Origin: Macrostomum lignano
Taxonomy: Eukaryota
Reading direction: 5' to 3'
Assembly (NCBI GenBank): GCA_002269645.1
Contig: NIVC01000013.1
Location: 62,001-126,000 of the forward strand
Length of the DNA: 64,000 bases
The position numbers were made by a program, and so were the translations under genes. The notes below the pieces were generated by a model. That model saw only the letters and a list, made by a program, of their open reading frames with translations, did not search any database and was not told the DNA's origin. Below, one piece after another: positions 48,167-60,774 of the stretch (position 1 is its first letter; each line of letters starts with the position of its first letter).

Positions 48167-50368
48167 ATTAATTAGACTTAACGTAGACAAACTTGGCAAA
48201 AACATATTTAGCAACAGTCTAGAATTTGGTGACCATGAAGGAAAAACAATTGTATATAATCTTATTAATTCTTTTAATATAATGATTCTAATCAATGCAT
48301 ACATTACTTTCTCTTTTAATTGAGTTTCTTTTATCCATTATTTATCTTTGCATTCTAAATATGCTATTCAAGAAATGTTTATTAATGTTTTAAGATGCAT
48401 AATTTCTATTAAAGGCCTATCTTGATCAAATACTTTTTTATCGAAGGTCATCAGCTTTGATATAAAATCATTTATCACTGCACTTATTTGGCAACAAAAA
48501 ATAAATACTATGCATTGAAAACAAAATAAAATTCTAGAAGTTAAACTTAAATAACAGCTAACAATTAAATGCTATGCCCTATATAAAAGACTTGTTACCA
48601 AATTTGCTTTTTGCTAAATTTGTCTATTTAAAATCTTAGTTTATGATACCTAAATAATAAAATGCAATCTAATAACAATATCTAGGCACCTTTGGTCACC
48701 ATATCCTAGAGCTTGTTTCCACTCTTGCAGCCTATATCCATGCCTTTTCTAGGGAGCAAGGGATCTGGGTGCACATCATTTGCTGACTTGGGACTATAGT
48801 CTAAGATAGAAATGCCCAAACCATTGTTGCCACATATGCCAACACCAATATGGGTCATCTGTTAGATGCCTATTGAGTTTTAATTCCAATGCAGTTTTTA
48901 TACCCCATATTTAGTCTAATAATTGCAAAATATTATTAAAGTATTAGTTTTTATTTTATTTTATTTAAATAAAAACATACTAAATGTTTTACAAAACCAA
49001 TTTTCCTAACGAAAGCAGAATCAAATTTATAAAATTAACAATTTCTTTAATTTTGAAAAATCTCTAATTTAATTTACTCTTTCTTCCTAATCATATATAC
49101 AAGGTTGCACTTAACATGCATATTAAGAGGCCTTAGTTAGATAAAGATGAAATCTATCAACAATGATATATATAGTTTTGATCAAAATTATGAAATATGG
49201 AAATTCTATTTCAGTATTGATTTTTGATTCACACGTTCATGTTTGATTTTTTGAAGAATTGAGACAAAAATTTTAATTAAATAAGACTTCACAATTAAAA
49301 TAGCAGGTCAGCCTAACAAAGTAAGCAATAACTTAGTTATTTAAATTAAAGAAGTACTGCAAAGCAAACATTTAAATTAACTTTGAGCTCACTTTCTAGT
49401 TTTTAATTTTGTGTCTAGTTTTAATTTATATAATTTAGACATCAAAAAGCAAACTGGGTTACTAAAACCAAAAAAGCATAGGCATTGTAAGCACTGGAAT
49501 TGTGCTTACATCAAAGCAAAAAGACAATGGCCTCCTCTTGTCTTGACTGGTGCTATCTAGCCAGACCAGCTCTACACTAAAGAGCAGATAATAAAGCTGA
49601 GGTTTGAAGGCCAAGCCAACAGCCTACAAATGTGTGACACAGTAGACTCACAGCAATGCTTCAAGGGGGTGATATGGTTGTCTAACAACAGGATAGAAAA
49701 AACTGCTTAACCAATAACCTTGCCCTGCTCTAACTATGCATTGCTATTCATTTGGTCAACTAAACCAATTTGCTTGCTTCATTATACAATACACTGCTTT
49801 GAATAATTTGCGGCATAGAGAGATTTGGAAACGTGAGCCTCACACTTATAACAGGGCCCTTGGAGGCCAGTGTGGTAGAAATTCTTTGTGGCTTATGAGC
49901 AAAAGATAGCAGGAATAAAAACTGTTATAGGCGTTAAAAAGTATGGATACTATAATAACTAGGTCTTTATCATACATAAAAGCAAAGCAACCATAAAGAT
50001 TTTAAGTATAAATACTTTCATATTATTTTTTATTTCTACTAATAAAAAACTATTATTTATTTATTATAGAATAAGTGAAAGTTTGAAGAATATATAGCCT
50101 ATAAATACCAAAAATATAGGCTTATTATTAAATTAACTAATTAAATTAAGTAAGTTAATTATTAATTATTAAATTATTAATTAATTTCATAAGTTACCAA
50201 ATCTTAGCCATAATAGTTCTAAACCTTGTTGAAATACTTATAAAATATCTAGGCCTAGTCTACAAAACTTTAAATAAATCTTTGAAAAAAACTTAGTAGG
50301 TCTAATACCTAATACACCTATAAGGATACACTGCTAAGACCAAGTTTTGAACTAGGCATTAGCATATA

Positions 50369-50526
50369 TGCATAACCTTGGGAACCACTTAGCCATTTCT
50401 ATTGGCAACACACACATATAAGTTGCTATTGGCTGAGAGCAGTCACATGACTACTATTCTATCTAATAGCAACTCATATGTGTGTGTTGCCAATAGAAAC
50501 AGCTAGGTGAATCCCTAGGTTGTGCA
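50369..50526. mobile_element. Long palindromic (hairpin) element, probably a MITE core
   Basis: Inner arms 50396-50430 and 50465-50499 are 34/35 complementary; weaker pairing extends outward. Confidence 0.65.
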
Positions 50527-50886
50527 CAAGCATGGGCATTAGCCTATCTAATACTAATTATAGGCATATATTATAAGGCTTAATATACAATACCTATTCA
50601 ATATAAATATCAAAAAGAAAGTTTTTTAATATAAAAGGTATACCAAAGCCAAAAGGGAAGCAGTCCATTAGTTTTCCTTTTTACTAAATACTAGAGACCT
50701 AAAGAATGAAAAAAAGACCAAGCATATTTTGCCAAAATATAGACGCAACCTCTATTCCCATCCCTTATTTGGGTATTTACTCTTTAGAATTTGCCCTATA
50801 ATAAATTTTAACTATGCTATTTATATTAGTTTTAAAAGCATTTAGTTCATTTATATATTAATGGTTTGTCTATTAAGTAAATAAAA

Positions 50887-52826
50887 GGGCAATTCCACGA
50901 ATGGGTCACCACTAGGACAAAAATTAAAAAATTGTTGAATAATGACAACTTTATGTTTATAATATAGTTAAACATGTATATTTTTGTCCTTTTTTTTTAA
51001 TCTGCTGCCTTTTTTATTTGATTTTTTGCTCCCAATGTGCATACCCTTCACCCGGACCTAAATATAATGCTTTTCTTATAACAAATATAATTTCATTCCC
51101 TGGCTGTTTGGTATTTCATTGAGCCATACTTTTTTTTCTATACGTTAAGTGTGTCTTTTGCAGCTTATTGCAATCTTTCTTTTTAATGTAAAGTTCATAG
51201 GACAATGAATATTGGACTTCAAAGTTTAAAAACTGTAGTACAGCTACGACCATCACAAAAAAATCTAAAAAGTTTTTTCTTGGCTTTCCTGTAAGACCTA
51301 CTATTGTAAAAATGCACAAAAAATTAGTCTTTCATGTGTACTTTTATTTGGTAAAATTTGGTTCACATAAGTCTTAAGGGCTAGTAGAAAAAAGTCTGCA
51401 AAGTTAGCTACAACCATCATAGGAATTTTGTATCTAATGACACTATGGTATACCAGCTAGTATACTTTCATATCATCTTCTTTTATGAATTGAAATCAAG
51501 TTAAAGGCATTATTAAACTTTCAATGTACCATATATTCAGTTTTACAGCATCTTCAGCCCCCCACGCCCAAGAACAATCGTGGGCACTTTGAGTTCCCCA
51601 TCCTATTTTGAGTTTGACTATAATTTGTATCCCGACTGGGTGGCTATATGTCTGCAGCTGTCTGATTAAATAACTGTTCACTATTGGTGTGTATCTGCCC
51701 CTGACTATGCGTGACTAAATGCCCTTGACTTTGTTCACCTGGGCTAATGATTGTTCACCCCAACTACTGTTCATTTTGCTGTCAGCGTTTTGCTGTTCTC
51801 CCAGTTGCTCATAGCAGTTACTTTCCTAGTAGTCAATTTACCATTTTCTAATTCAAATGCATTTTCTAACTCATTTTATAGTTAAATTGCACACATGTTT
51901 TAACGTTGGATTAGTACCATTAACTAGATGGATGCCAGGGGTCGCTTGATGGGATAGCCAACTGGGGTCATTGTCCAGCAGCCTTCCATCAGAAGCTCCA
52001 ACGATGACCCCCATAATAATGATTTTAGTCACTTATAATTACTGTTGAAATATGTAATTTGAATTACAATTTGAATTGACCTTCAGTAGTCTTTTTTTGT
52101 TTGTGTTACATGCAGTTTTTAATTTTTCCAAGTTGGTTAGAGTGGGTAAATTGAAGGCTACGACCGTCATGCTACGACCGTCACAACAAAAAAAATCATA
52201 AAAATTAATAAAAAAGAGTACTACGCCTAGCTTTGTCTCTTTTTTTCAAGGTGCTAGTGTTTTTTATCAGAAACTGTATTGGATTTGGAGTGCCTGCGTA
52301 CCGACCCTCTGCTATGTGTAGCGTCGCCAATGTACACTTGGCGGTCCCCGTCTCAGAGTGTGTTGGGGTGGGGTTGATGTGCGTGAGGCGTTGTTGAGTC
52401 AGAGAGTTGGAGAGAGAGAACATCGATTTAATTTAATATATAAGCAATAATTTAGCCACAGGGCTCATTTACCTGTTTTTTTTTGTTAAAGTCTAACCCT
52501 CAGATTTATTAGACTTGATTATTTCTTTAACAGAAACAGACCAATTTAGATACCTAAGCAGTTGTAATTCTCAGGATTAAAAATTCTTTTTTTCCAACTG
52601 CACCTGTGCTCAATTCTGTGGCTACAACCGTCACGCCCACTAAAGTGACTAAATCGTGTCCCATTTGTTTAAAATAAATTTCTGTGTGCAGAAATGTTTG
52701 TTTTCCCTAGACTGCATTACAGAATTGTTGTTTTGAGACAAAAAACTCTAGTATAAGTATTTTTTTCGTGTCAGAATTAAAGTTCAAAGTCATCAAGCTA
52801 CAACTGTCATACTCATGGAATTGGCC
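50887..52826. mobile_element. Non-autonomous DNA transposon (1940 bp), TIR GGGCAATTCCACGA / TCATGGAATTGGCC (12/14), 4-bp TSD AAAA; same Sola-like group as 46938-47721
   Basis: TIRs and TSD read directly; GCTACGACCGTCA-type motif six times; no transposase ORF recognised. Confidence 0.68.
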
Positions 52827-53154
52827 AAAAAGTTTTTTTCTAAAACTATTTGTTTGCTAGGAAATAGACTAAGAAAGATCCATGCAAATTCACAAAAAAA
52901 CAAATTTGGCAATGGAAATTTCACATAGACAAATTTGGCAAAAGCAAATATGGCAACAATTTAGCCAAATTTGGTGGCAATCTAAGGAAATCTGGTGACA
53001 AGTTTTTATAGCTAAAATAAGTTAAAGTGAGTTATATATGTAATAACACTTTTTTATAATGCTTGTAAAAGTTTTAAAGTAGAAAATAATGACTGAAAAT
53101 GTGTTTTGTTAAATTGAACATCCTACGTTTTCAAGAATATAGTAGTAGAGCGAT

Positions 53155-53452
53155 CATACATGCGCAACAGTCGGCCGAGTCGGCCGATCCGGCTGACCGA
53201 TTTGGCGGCCAACCAAGGAAGTCGCAAAAATGCCCACCCGAAGAAACACCCAAGTAGTAGTACTAAGTAGCTGATGAGGCATTTTGGGTTAATAATACAG
53301 TTATAGTTACTCCTGCCGTTTACCCAAAATTGCGTTAATTTTGCTTTAGGGTTTTTTTACATGTAAGTCGCAATTTTGGCCAAAAACTACGTCGCATTTT
53401 TGTTAAAACTAAGTCGCACGGCCGACCGAATTTTGGAGGTTGCGCATGTATG
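53155..53452. mobile_element. hAT-type MITE (298 bp), 14-bp TIR CATACATGCGCAAC, perfect 8-bp TSD AGAGCGAT
   Basis: TIRs 53155-53168 and 53439-53452; TSD 53147-53154 and 53453-53460. CA...TG ends plus an 8-bp TSD are hAT hallmarks. Confidence 0.88.
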
Positions 53453-53811
53453 AGAGCGATAATAACAATTTTTTTTTATTTTTTGTTTTTATGACATTAT
53501 TGCATATCCCAGCTTTTTGCAGACATTATAGCCACCGGAAAGACCTTAATAAACATACCAAAACTCTTTTTTTTCTTAAGTACCAAAGGTTTTTGCTTTT
53601 GAGGCTGCCTTGACCCTAAATTAATAAACAAAATGTCTTGGAAAGTGCAATAAAAAGGCAGAAAGATAAATGATATATAAAACAAACTCAATTAAAATAG
53701 AAAGCTGAGTATTTAAATATACTAAATCTCCACGGTTAGTGTGAATGTCAATAATGCTCTAGAGACTACAATTCTTAACCAATTTTTATTTCGATTTAGC
53801 CATGCGCAATA

Positions 53812-53976
53812 TAGACATGCGCAATAGTCGGCCAAGTTGGCTAATCCAACTGACCAATTTGGCAGGCAACCAAGGTACCAAGGTAAGTTGCAATAATGCC
53901 CATCCAAAAACTACATTGCATTTTTGTTAAAACTAAATTGCACAGCTGACTGAATTTTGGAAGTTGCGCATATATG
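53812..53976. mobile_element. Older, internally deleted, CpG-decayed copy of the 53155-53452 MITE
   Basis: Hand alignment over about 150 nt at both ends. Confidence 0.85.
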
Positions 53977-55790
53977 ACTATATATAATTAATTGTTTTTC
54001 CTTTACTAATTATCAGCAAATTTGCCTAAATTGTTACTAAATTTGCTTTCATTGAATTTGTCTATTTTGAATCTCTGTTACCAAATTTGTTTATCACCAA
54101 ATTGGTCAGCACCTGGCTATTGATAAAGATAGGAATGGCAGTGGGGTTGGGTGAGAATGGGATAAGGAGCCACTTAATTACAATGTTTATAAATATTAAT
54201 AAATATAATACATTCCATAATTTTAACAGGCCTAGACTATTTTATACATGTAACATCTACAAAAAGAATAATAAGCTTCATTAGAAACCAATGGAACCAA
54301 AGCTATTGAAAATTAAAAAAAATGAATAAATATCAACAAATTTTATTTCTTATTTAACAATTCTTGAATGCAAAACATTTGCCTTACTTCAAATCTAGAA
54401 TTGTTGCATACCATGTCTCCCTTTCTAAACCCTTCTCTATAGGCCTAGCCTAGGCCTAATATCTATAAACTAGTATAGCTTGTCATATTTGAAAAGACCA
54501 ACCTCTGCAACATTTTAACAATATCAACGAGCTTGTTGTACAGTACAGTCTTAATCTCACTTTGCATTCTTATCCCATACATGCCGAACTTCAAAATTTT
54601 AGCCATCCAATGCAATTTAATTTTGTCTAGACTTTATATTTGCGACTTAGTTCCCTTGATGGTGACTTAGTTCCTTTGATTGCAACTTAATAATTAATAT
54701 TCACTTTGTATATGACTTTTCTTGCTTTTTTTCTTTCTCTCTTTCTTTCTCCTCTTTTCCCTCTTTTTTCCCTTCTTTCTTGTCCCTTTTCTTCTTCTTC
54801 TTTTTTCCCCTTAATTTTTCGTTTCATTTTTGATTTTGCAACTTAGCCCCTACCTTGGCTGGTGGCCATTTCACCTGACTTGTCCAGTTCAGACAGGTTA
54901 GACAGGTGTTGGGCATGTATGTCCCATCCTACTCTTATTCTCATTTCCTAGCAGATGAACAGTTTTAAAAAGAGAAAACTTTTTGTCTGCTTATTTAGCA
55001 GGTGAACTGTCAGCAGACGAAACAACTAGCACCCATTTTTAGGTATGAATATAAAGTCAAGTATTACTAGGCCCTAGTACTTTTGATGGTATCAAACAAG
55101 TATACTAAGCAATGATCGTCGAACTTGATAAAAATACTAGGCCTACATGGGTAAACTTTGTATATATTCAACTAAATTTACTTTTGTGAACTGTAGTGTT
55201 GATAATGATATTTCAGGCCTAATCTAAAAAGTCAGTGACATTGACATATTATTTTATTAATAGAATCGGCCTATATTTATTGTATTGTCAATATAGGCCC
55301 CTATATCAAAATAAAAAAAAGAGATTGATGTTGCAAGTCATTATTCTCCATTTTCCAATGCTCCTAATTTTCAATGGAAAGCCATGCTCACAATGACAAA
55401 ATCATTCACAAATCTTTAACATCTTATTATGTTATGTGAATGCGTGCCACGCAAGTTGCACGTAAATTTGTTCAGTACAGCGAGGTTTCAAAAATATTAC
55501 AGCTTTTAACAAAACTTTAAAACACTTTTCTTAAATGAGGTTTTAAAAAGTTGCTTCGTTTTCCTAATATACTTTAAAACAACAAGAAAAAGTGATTTTT
55601 GGCCTCTTTCAATGCAATATGATTTGCTGTTAGCGCAGTTTCACATTTCGCACCGCTTTAACTTTATGTTCAGCATTTGACTTATTAGAATTAATACTGT
55701 ATCTTACTTCTGTTGTTCTGTATGGTCAAATCCGTCAATAATAGTAATTATTCAACATGTAACTGCGAAAACTATCACAAATCCGACTAA

Positions 55791-56634
55791 ATGAATAGCT
55801 GGTGCTTTCTAATGTTAATATTTCTGTGGCGGGTCATTAATCCGTCAGTGACAACAATTACGGATGAAGACAAAAAACGCTGTGAGTAAAGTTTGTATCA
55901 GCTTAATCACTCATATTTTCTGAAATACTCATAAAAATACTAGTTTAATAAGGATTTAATTAAAGTTAACCAAGTATTTGTCTGTTTCCTAAACATTCGA
56001 AATTACATTCTATATTACATATGCGTGTACAAAGTATATGTACATGTACATGTAGCCCTGTAAACGCTACTTTTGTCAGTATCCTTGTAGTGTGTATGGT
56101 GTTGAAAATAGTTTAATTTAATGTGTATGACTCTACGCGTAGTATTACGAATCAAGACTGAGTAATTCATTAGTTAGCAGTTAAATTGTCCTGCATCCTG
56201 TTTAGTTTAAGAAGTGTAGTGTGAAGATATAATACATTTTGAGATTGAGTCAAAATAATGTCATGAATTTCAGTCTATCTGACTCGCGACTGCATTTATC
56301 GCGATGATATAATTGGACGCAAAGGAGTGATGCAGGTGCCCGTTCGAGCGGCTGAGATTCATTCGCATCGATTTGGCCTAGAACCTTATCCAGCAAATTT
56401 CTCCTGCGAGGTACACCTTCTAGCTGAGAGTTCTCAGCGCATCTTAATATGGTTTAACCAGCTAAACATACCGGATGTGGACCCGCTGTGCGAAAACGTG
56501 CTGCACTGCTTTAATACCAACACGCCATATAGCGAAGGCATGGCTGAAGCCGGAGGTCAAACGGGACTATGTAAGAAGACTTATCCTAGACAGCCGCTAG
56601 TCTCTTCTCAGCACTACTTTACATTCACGTTCCG
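55791..56634 (+). CDS. Secreted or membrane CUB-domain protein, first two coding exons (partial; later exons not found)
   Basis: Exon 55791-55881 encodes the signal-like MNSWCFLMLIFLWRVINPSVTT and ends at GTGAGT (phase 1). Exon 56274-56634 (TTTCAG acceptor, GTGAGC donor) encodes DCIYRDDIIGRKG...YPANFSCEVHLLAESSQRILIWFNQLNI...C...LC...PLVSSQHYFTFTFR, a CUB-domain pattern. Confidence 0.8.
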
Positions 56635-57648
56635 GTGAGCAATCTAAATCCATTTTGCAATGAAATTCATTTGTTCGGATTCAAAGCTAACATTAATTTT
56701 CTTTTTCAACACAAGCAAAACATATTTTGAACTATAAATAAAAGCGAATCACTGAGACGCCGTTAGATTGACAGTGACGCAAGATCATGCATGTCCTGCG
56801 CCTGTTGGATCTTTCAATCAGCCACTGCACAGACGGCAGACATTCGTCAGGGCGGAGAGGTCACTGCATAGGGGGGCACAGAGGACCACCGCTAGGAAAA
56901 ACAAGAATTAACAACACACCAAACGCTTCCCAGTCAAAAACTTCGGATAGAAACGACCCCAAAAAGGCTCTGACTAACGAAACAGCAGACTTGCTGCTTG
57001 CTGCTTTCAAGAAATCATTCGACTTCACACCTTGACTCGCCCTGCCCCTGTCCGTCTCTGCTGCCTCCGCTGGCCGCCTCTTTCAGCGCAGCGCCCGCCA
57101 ACCCGCCTCTCCCCCGTTTACCTTTGCAATTAAAACGGGCAAAGAGGACCGAGGCACATGCCTAGGGGGCTCCACGCGTGTTTGCGGGTTAGAAAAGAAT
57201 TGTTTTGGAAGCTAAAAAACTGATAAGATGAAAAACATCGATTCCCATTGGGAGAAACGCGCCGCAATTGCTTTGGCCCCAGCTCTCTGCCCTCACTCTC
57301 TCTCTCTCTCTCTCTCAGGAAAGGGGATCGGTTCCCAGACTGTCGCTATCCCGTCACAGCCGATCACGACTAAAGGCGATGAAGCCGCCGAGCCAAAATG
57401 GCCGAAAATTTCACATGAGGGCCGCGTTGAAGACCGCTGCAGTTGCTGTCTGCAAGGGAGACGCACGAAAAACGACAAAAAAGTATTTCTTCTGCTTCAA
57501 AGTGGAGCATTATAAGTCATTGCAATGCGCGTCTGCCTGCCGGGTCTTGTAGATTCAGCTGTTAAAAACAGTCAGGGGAGAGTCCGGAAATTACTGCTGA
57601 GGGCTGCCAGGAAGTTAAAAAGTGAAAGTTAAGCTGGTACTGACGTAG

Positions 57649-58040
<392 letters not shown>

Positions 58041-58602
58041 CAGGTAGTCAGGTGGACGAACAAAAAAGTTTCGGGATGCCTAAATATACAAGATGAAATC
58101 AATTTTAATTTTAAAGCAAATCATTTTTTTCACATCATATTGTTCCCTTGAGCCAACAAAATTGCCTCATTGGTACAGATATAGGGTTGTTACTGCCAAA
58201 TTGTAGCTCAATTAGTGATAGCTATATTCGTTGTTGATTCTTTTGCATGGCAACTAAGTATAGTGTTCTAGTACTCCGCGGGTTATTGATATGGGGATAT
58301 TGACAGAGTGGGGAGAGTGAGGTTGGTGGGCCATTGGCTGATGGGACGGAACATCCGCCTTGCCGCTGCTGTCAGTCAAAGCTGAGGCCTGCACATCAGC
58401 ACAGACTGAAAATGCGCTCTAAAAGTTTGGCAAGGAATTTTATCGATAATGATTTGACCCTATTTGACCGGAAATTAGCCAAAAAAACTCTATGATATTT
58501 TAGTGTCATCAGATGCACATTTTTATCACCGAATCATTTTTGTCTTTAATTTTTATTCCTAAGTTAAACAAATTTATCTATGAATAGGATAAATAGATAA
58601 GC

Positions 58603-60196
58603 CACCTGACGCTCGTTTTGCCACCATGTCACGTGACAACTTCGTTTTTATCGGGTATCGCACCACCAAGTCACGTGACGCTCCGTTTTTATCGGGCATA
58701 GTCGCCACCAACTCACGTGACACTTTGTTTTTATCGGGCATCGTCGCCACCAAGTCACGTGACGCTCAGTTTTTTATCGGGCATCATCGCCAGCAGGTCA
58801 CGTGACGTTACTATCTCTCTGACTTTGCCATGAACATCACGTAATTATCATTTTAGCGCCATTGAGATGCCAGTTTTTTTCTTTGTTTTTTTCTCTTTTT
58901 TCTAGATTTCCAAATTGTCGCTAGCAGTCGTACTACCGATCTTATTTGTCCAGTTTAACCATTACTCATAAATAAATAAATGATCTGATTTTCTATAAAG
59001 GGAATATTGTGTCAACAGGGGTTTGCTGCACAAATCAAGTTCAAAAGCACAAAATTCATCCAAAGTTTCTAATTTGCGTAAAAAGCGTAAAACTTTACTG
59101 GTGAATCATAAAAAAATAGAAATGTAGCTAAAATCCTAGCGAATCTGAAATAAAATTGATTGGGCTGCAATCTTCGGCTTTTTTCATCTACTATACAGCA
59201 TTGCTCTCTGATTTTTTAAAGACGCAAATGTCTCTGCTGCAGAAATAAAATTGAGGTTTGCTTGGGTCATTTTTTTGTACGAGCTAATTATGGGTTGCAC
59301 CTGAATTGGTAGAACTTGAATCAGTCTGTTTGTTTCTACGTTGAAAAAGTTAAACGACAAAAAGTTTACTGAGCTTTTATTGGCCAAAAAACAGTTAGTG
59401 AGGCAATGTACATTGTAAAATATGATTTATTATAGGCACGTGACTTTGTGGCGACGATTCCCGAGAAACCTGAGCATCACGTGTCTTGATAGTGGCGATG
59501 CCCGATATAAACGGAACATCACGTGATTTGATAGTGGCGATGCCCGATATAAACGGAGCATCACATGACTTGATAGTGGCGATGCCCGATATAAACGGAA
59601 CATCACGTGATTTGATAGTGGCGATGCCCGATATAAACGGAGCATCACATGACTTGATAGTGGCGATGCCCGATATAAACGGAACATCACGTGATTTGAT
59701 AGTGGCGATGCCCGATATAAACGGAGCATCACGTGACTTGGTGCCGACGATTCTTGAGAAATCGGAGCATTACGTGACTTGGTGTTGACAATACCCGAAA
59801 AGTTGGAGCATCACGTGACTTGGTGTTGACAATACCCGAAAAGTTGGAGCATCACGTGACTTTGGGGGCTATGATGCCCGAGAAGTTGGAGCATCCCCTG
59901 ACTTTAGTAGTGACGATGCCCGATAGAAACGGAGCATCCCCTGACTTTAGTAGTGACGATGCCCGATAGAAACGGAGCATCACGTGACTTGGTGGTGACG
60001 ATGCCCGATAGAAACGGAGCATCACGTCACTTGGTGGCTATGATGCCCGAGAAGTTGGAGTATCACGTCACTTGGTGGCTATGATGCCTGAGAAGTTGGA
60101 GTATCACGTCACTTGGTGGCTATAATGCCCGAGAAGTTGGAGCATCACGTCACTTGGTGGCTATGATGCCCGAGAAACCTGAGCGTCACGTGACTT
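58603..60196. mobile_element. Foldback-like element: inverted arms of about 41-42-bp tandem units containing TCACGTGA, around an about 630-bp AT-rich loop
   Basis: Left arm 58603-58806 (CAAGTCACGTGACGCTCCGTTTTTATCGGGCAT...) is the reverse complement of right-arm units 59436-60196 (ATGCCCGATATAAACGGAGCATCACGTGACTTG). TSD not identified. Confidence 0.7.
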
Positions 60197-60774
60197 TGCA
60201 TAAATTTCATTTTGCACTTCCCTATCGATCGTACATTTCAACGCAGACTAACTACTTACTATCTATCGCCTATTGTGTAAAGTCAAAAGCAAAATCGATA
60301 CAGTGGGCTTAACATGCCAGAATCTTGACCAAAGAAATGGTGACAAGGAAAATGGCGAATTGATAGCCCAAAAGTAACAACTGATTTATACGTGCGCATC
60401 ATATTGGTTGCGAGAGAGAAACCGCACTAGACTAAGAAATCCATATCAGATGCATTTGCGCTGCTAAGTAAAAGCAGCCGGTGACTGGCAAACCGAAGCG
60501 ATGATTGACACTTACTTAAATAGCCATTTGGGTTTTCTAAGCGGCGAGCTGCATTCCCAGCGCTACTGGTTCGGTAGGGAGTAGGCAAACATTTTTTGGC
60601 AACACATTTAGGTTTACACTAATTAAGTTAGTTGAATCTGTTGCCGACAGGGGCTCAGGCTAAAGCTTATAGGCTGATGATTTCAAGTGGAGCTGCGACG
60701 AGAGGGATGAGGCAATTGGAGATAGTGTGCGCATTGCTGGAAGATAAGGTGGGGAATTTAAGGAAATAGGGACA

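Noticed and set aside
53225-53295. Hammerhead-like CTGATGA with an upstream GAAA inside the hAT MITE
   Set aside because: GAAA is not adjacent to the stem-II strand and I found no stem I or III.
45755-54284. Short ORFs in the AT-rich block as transposase remnants
   Set aside because: No DDE or other recognisable motif; compositionally biased random ORFs.
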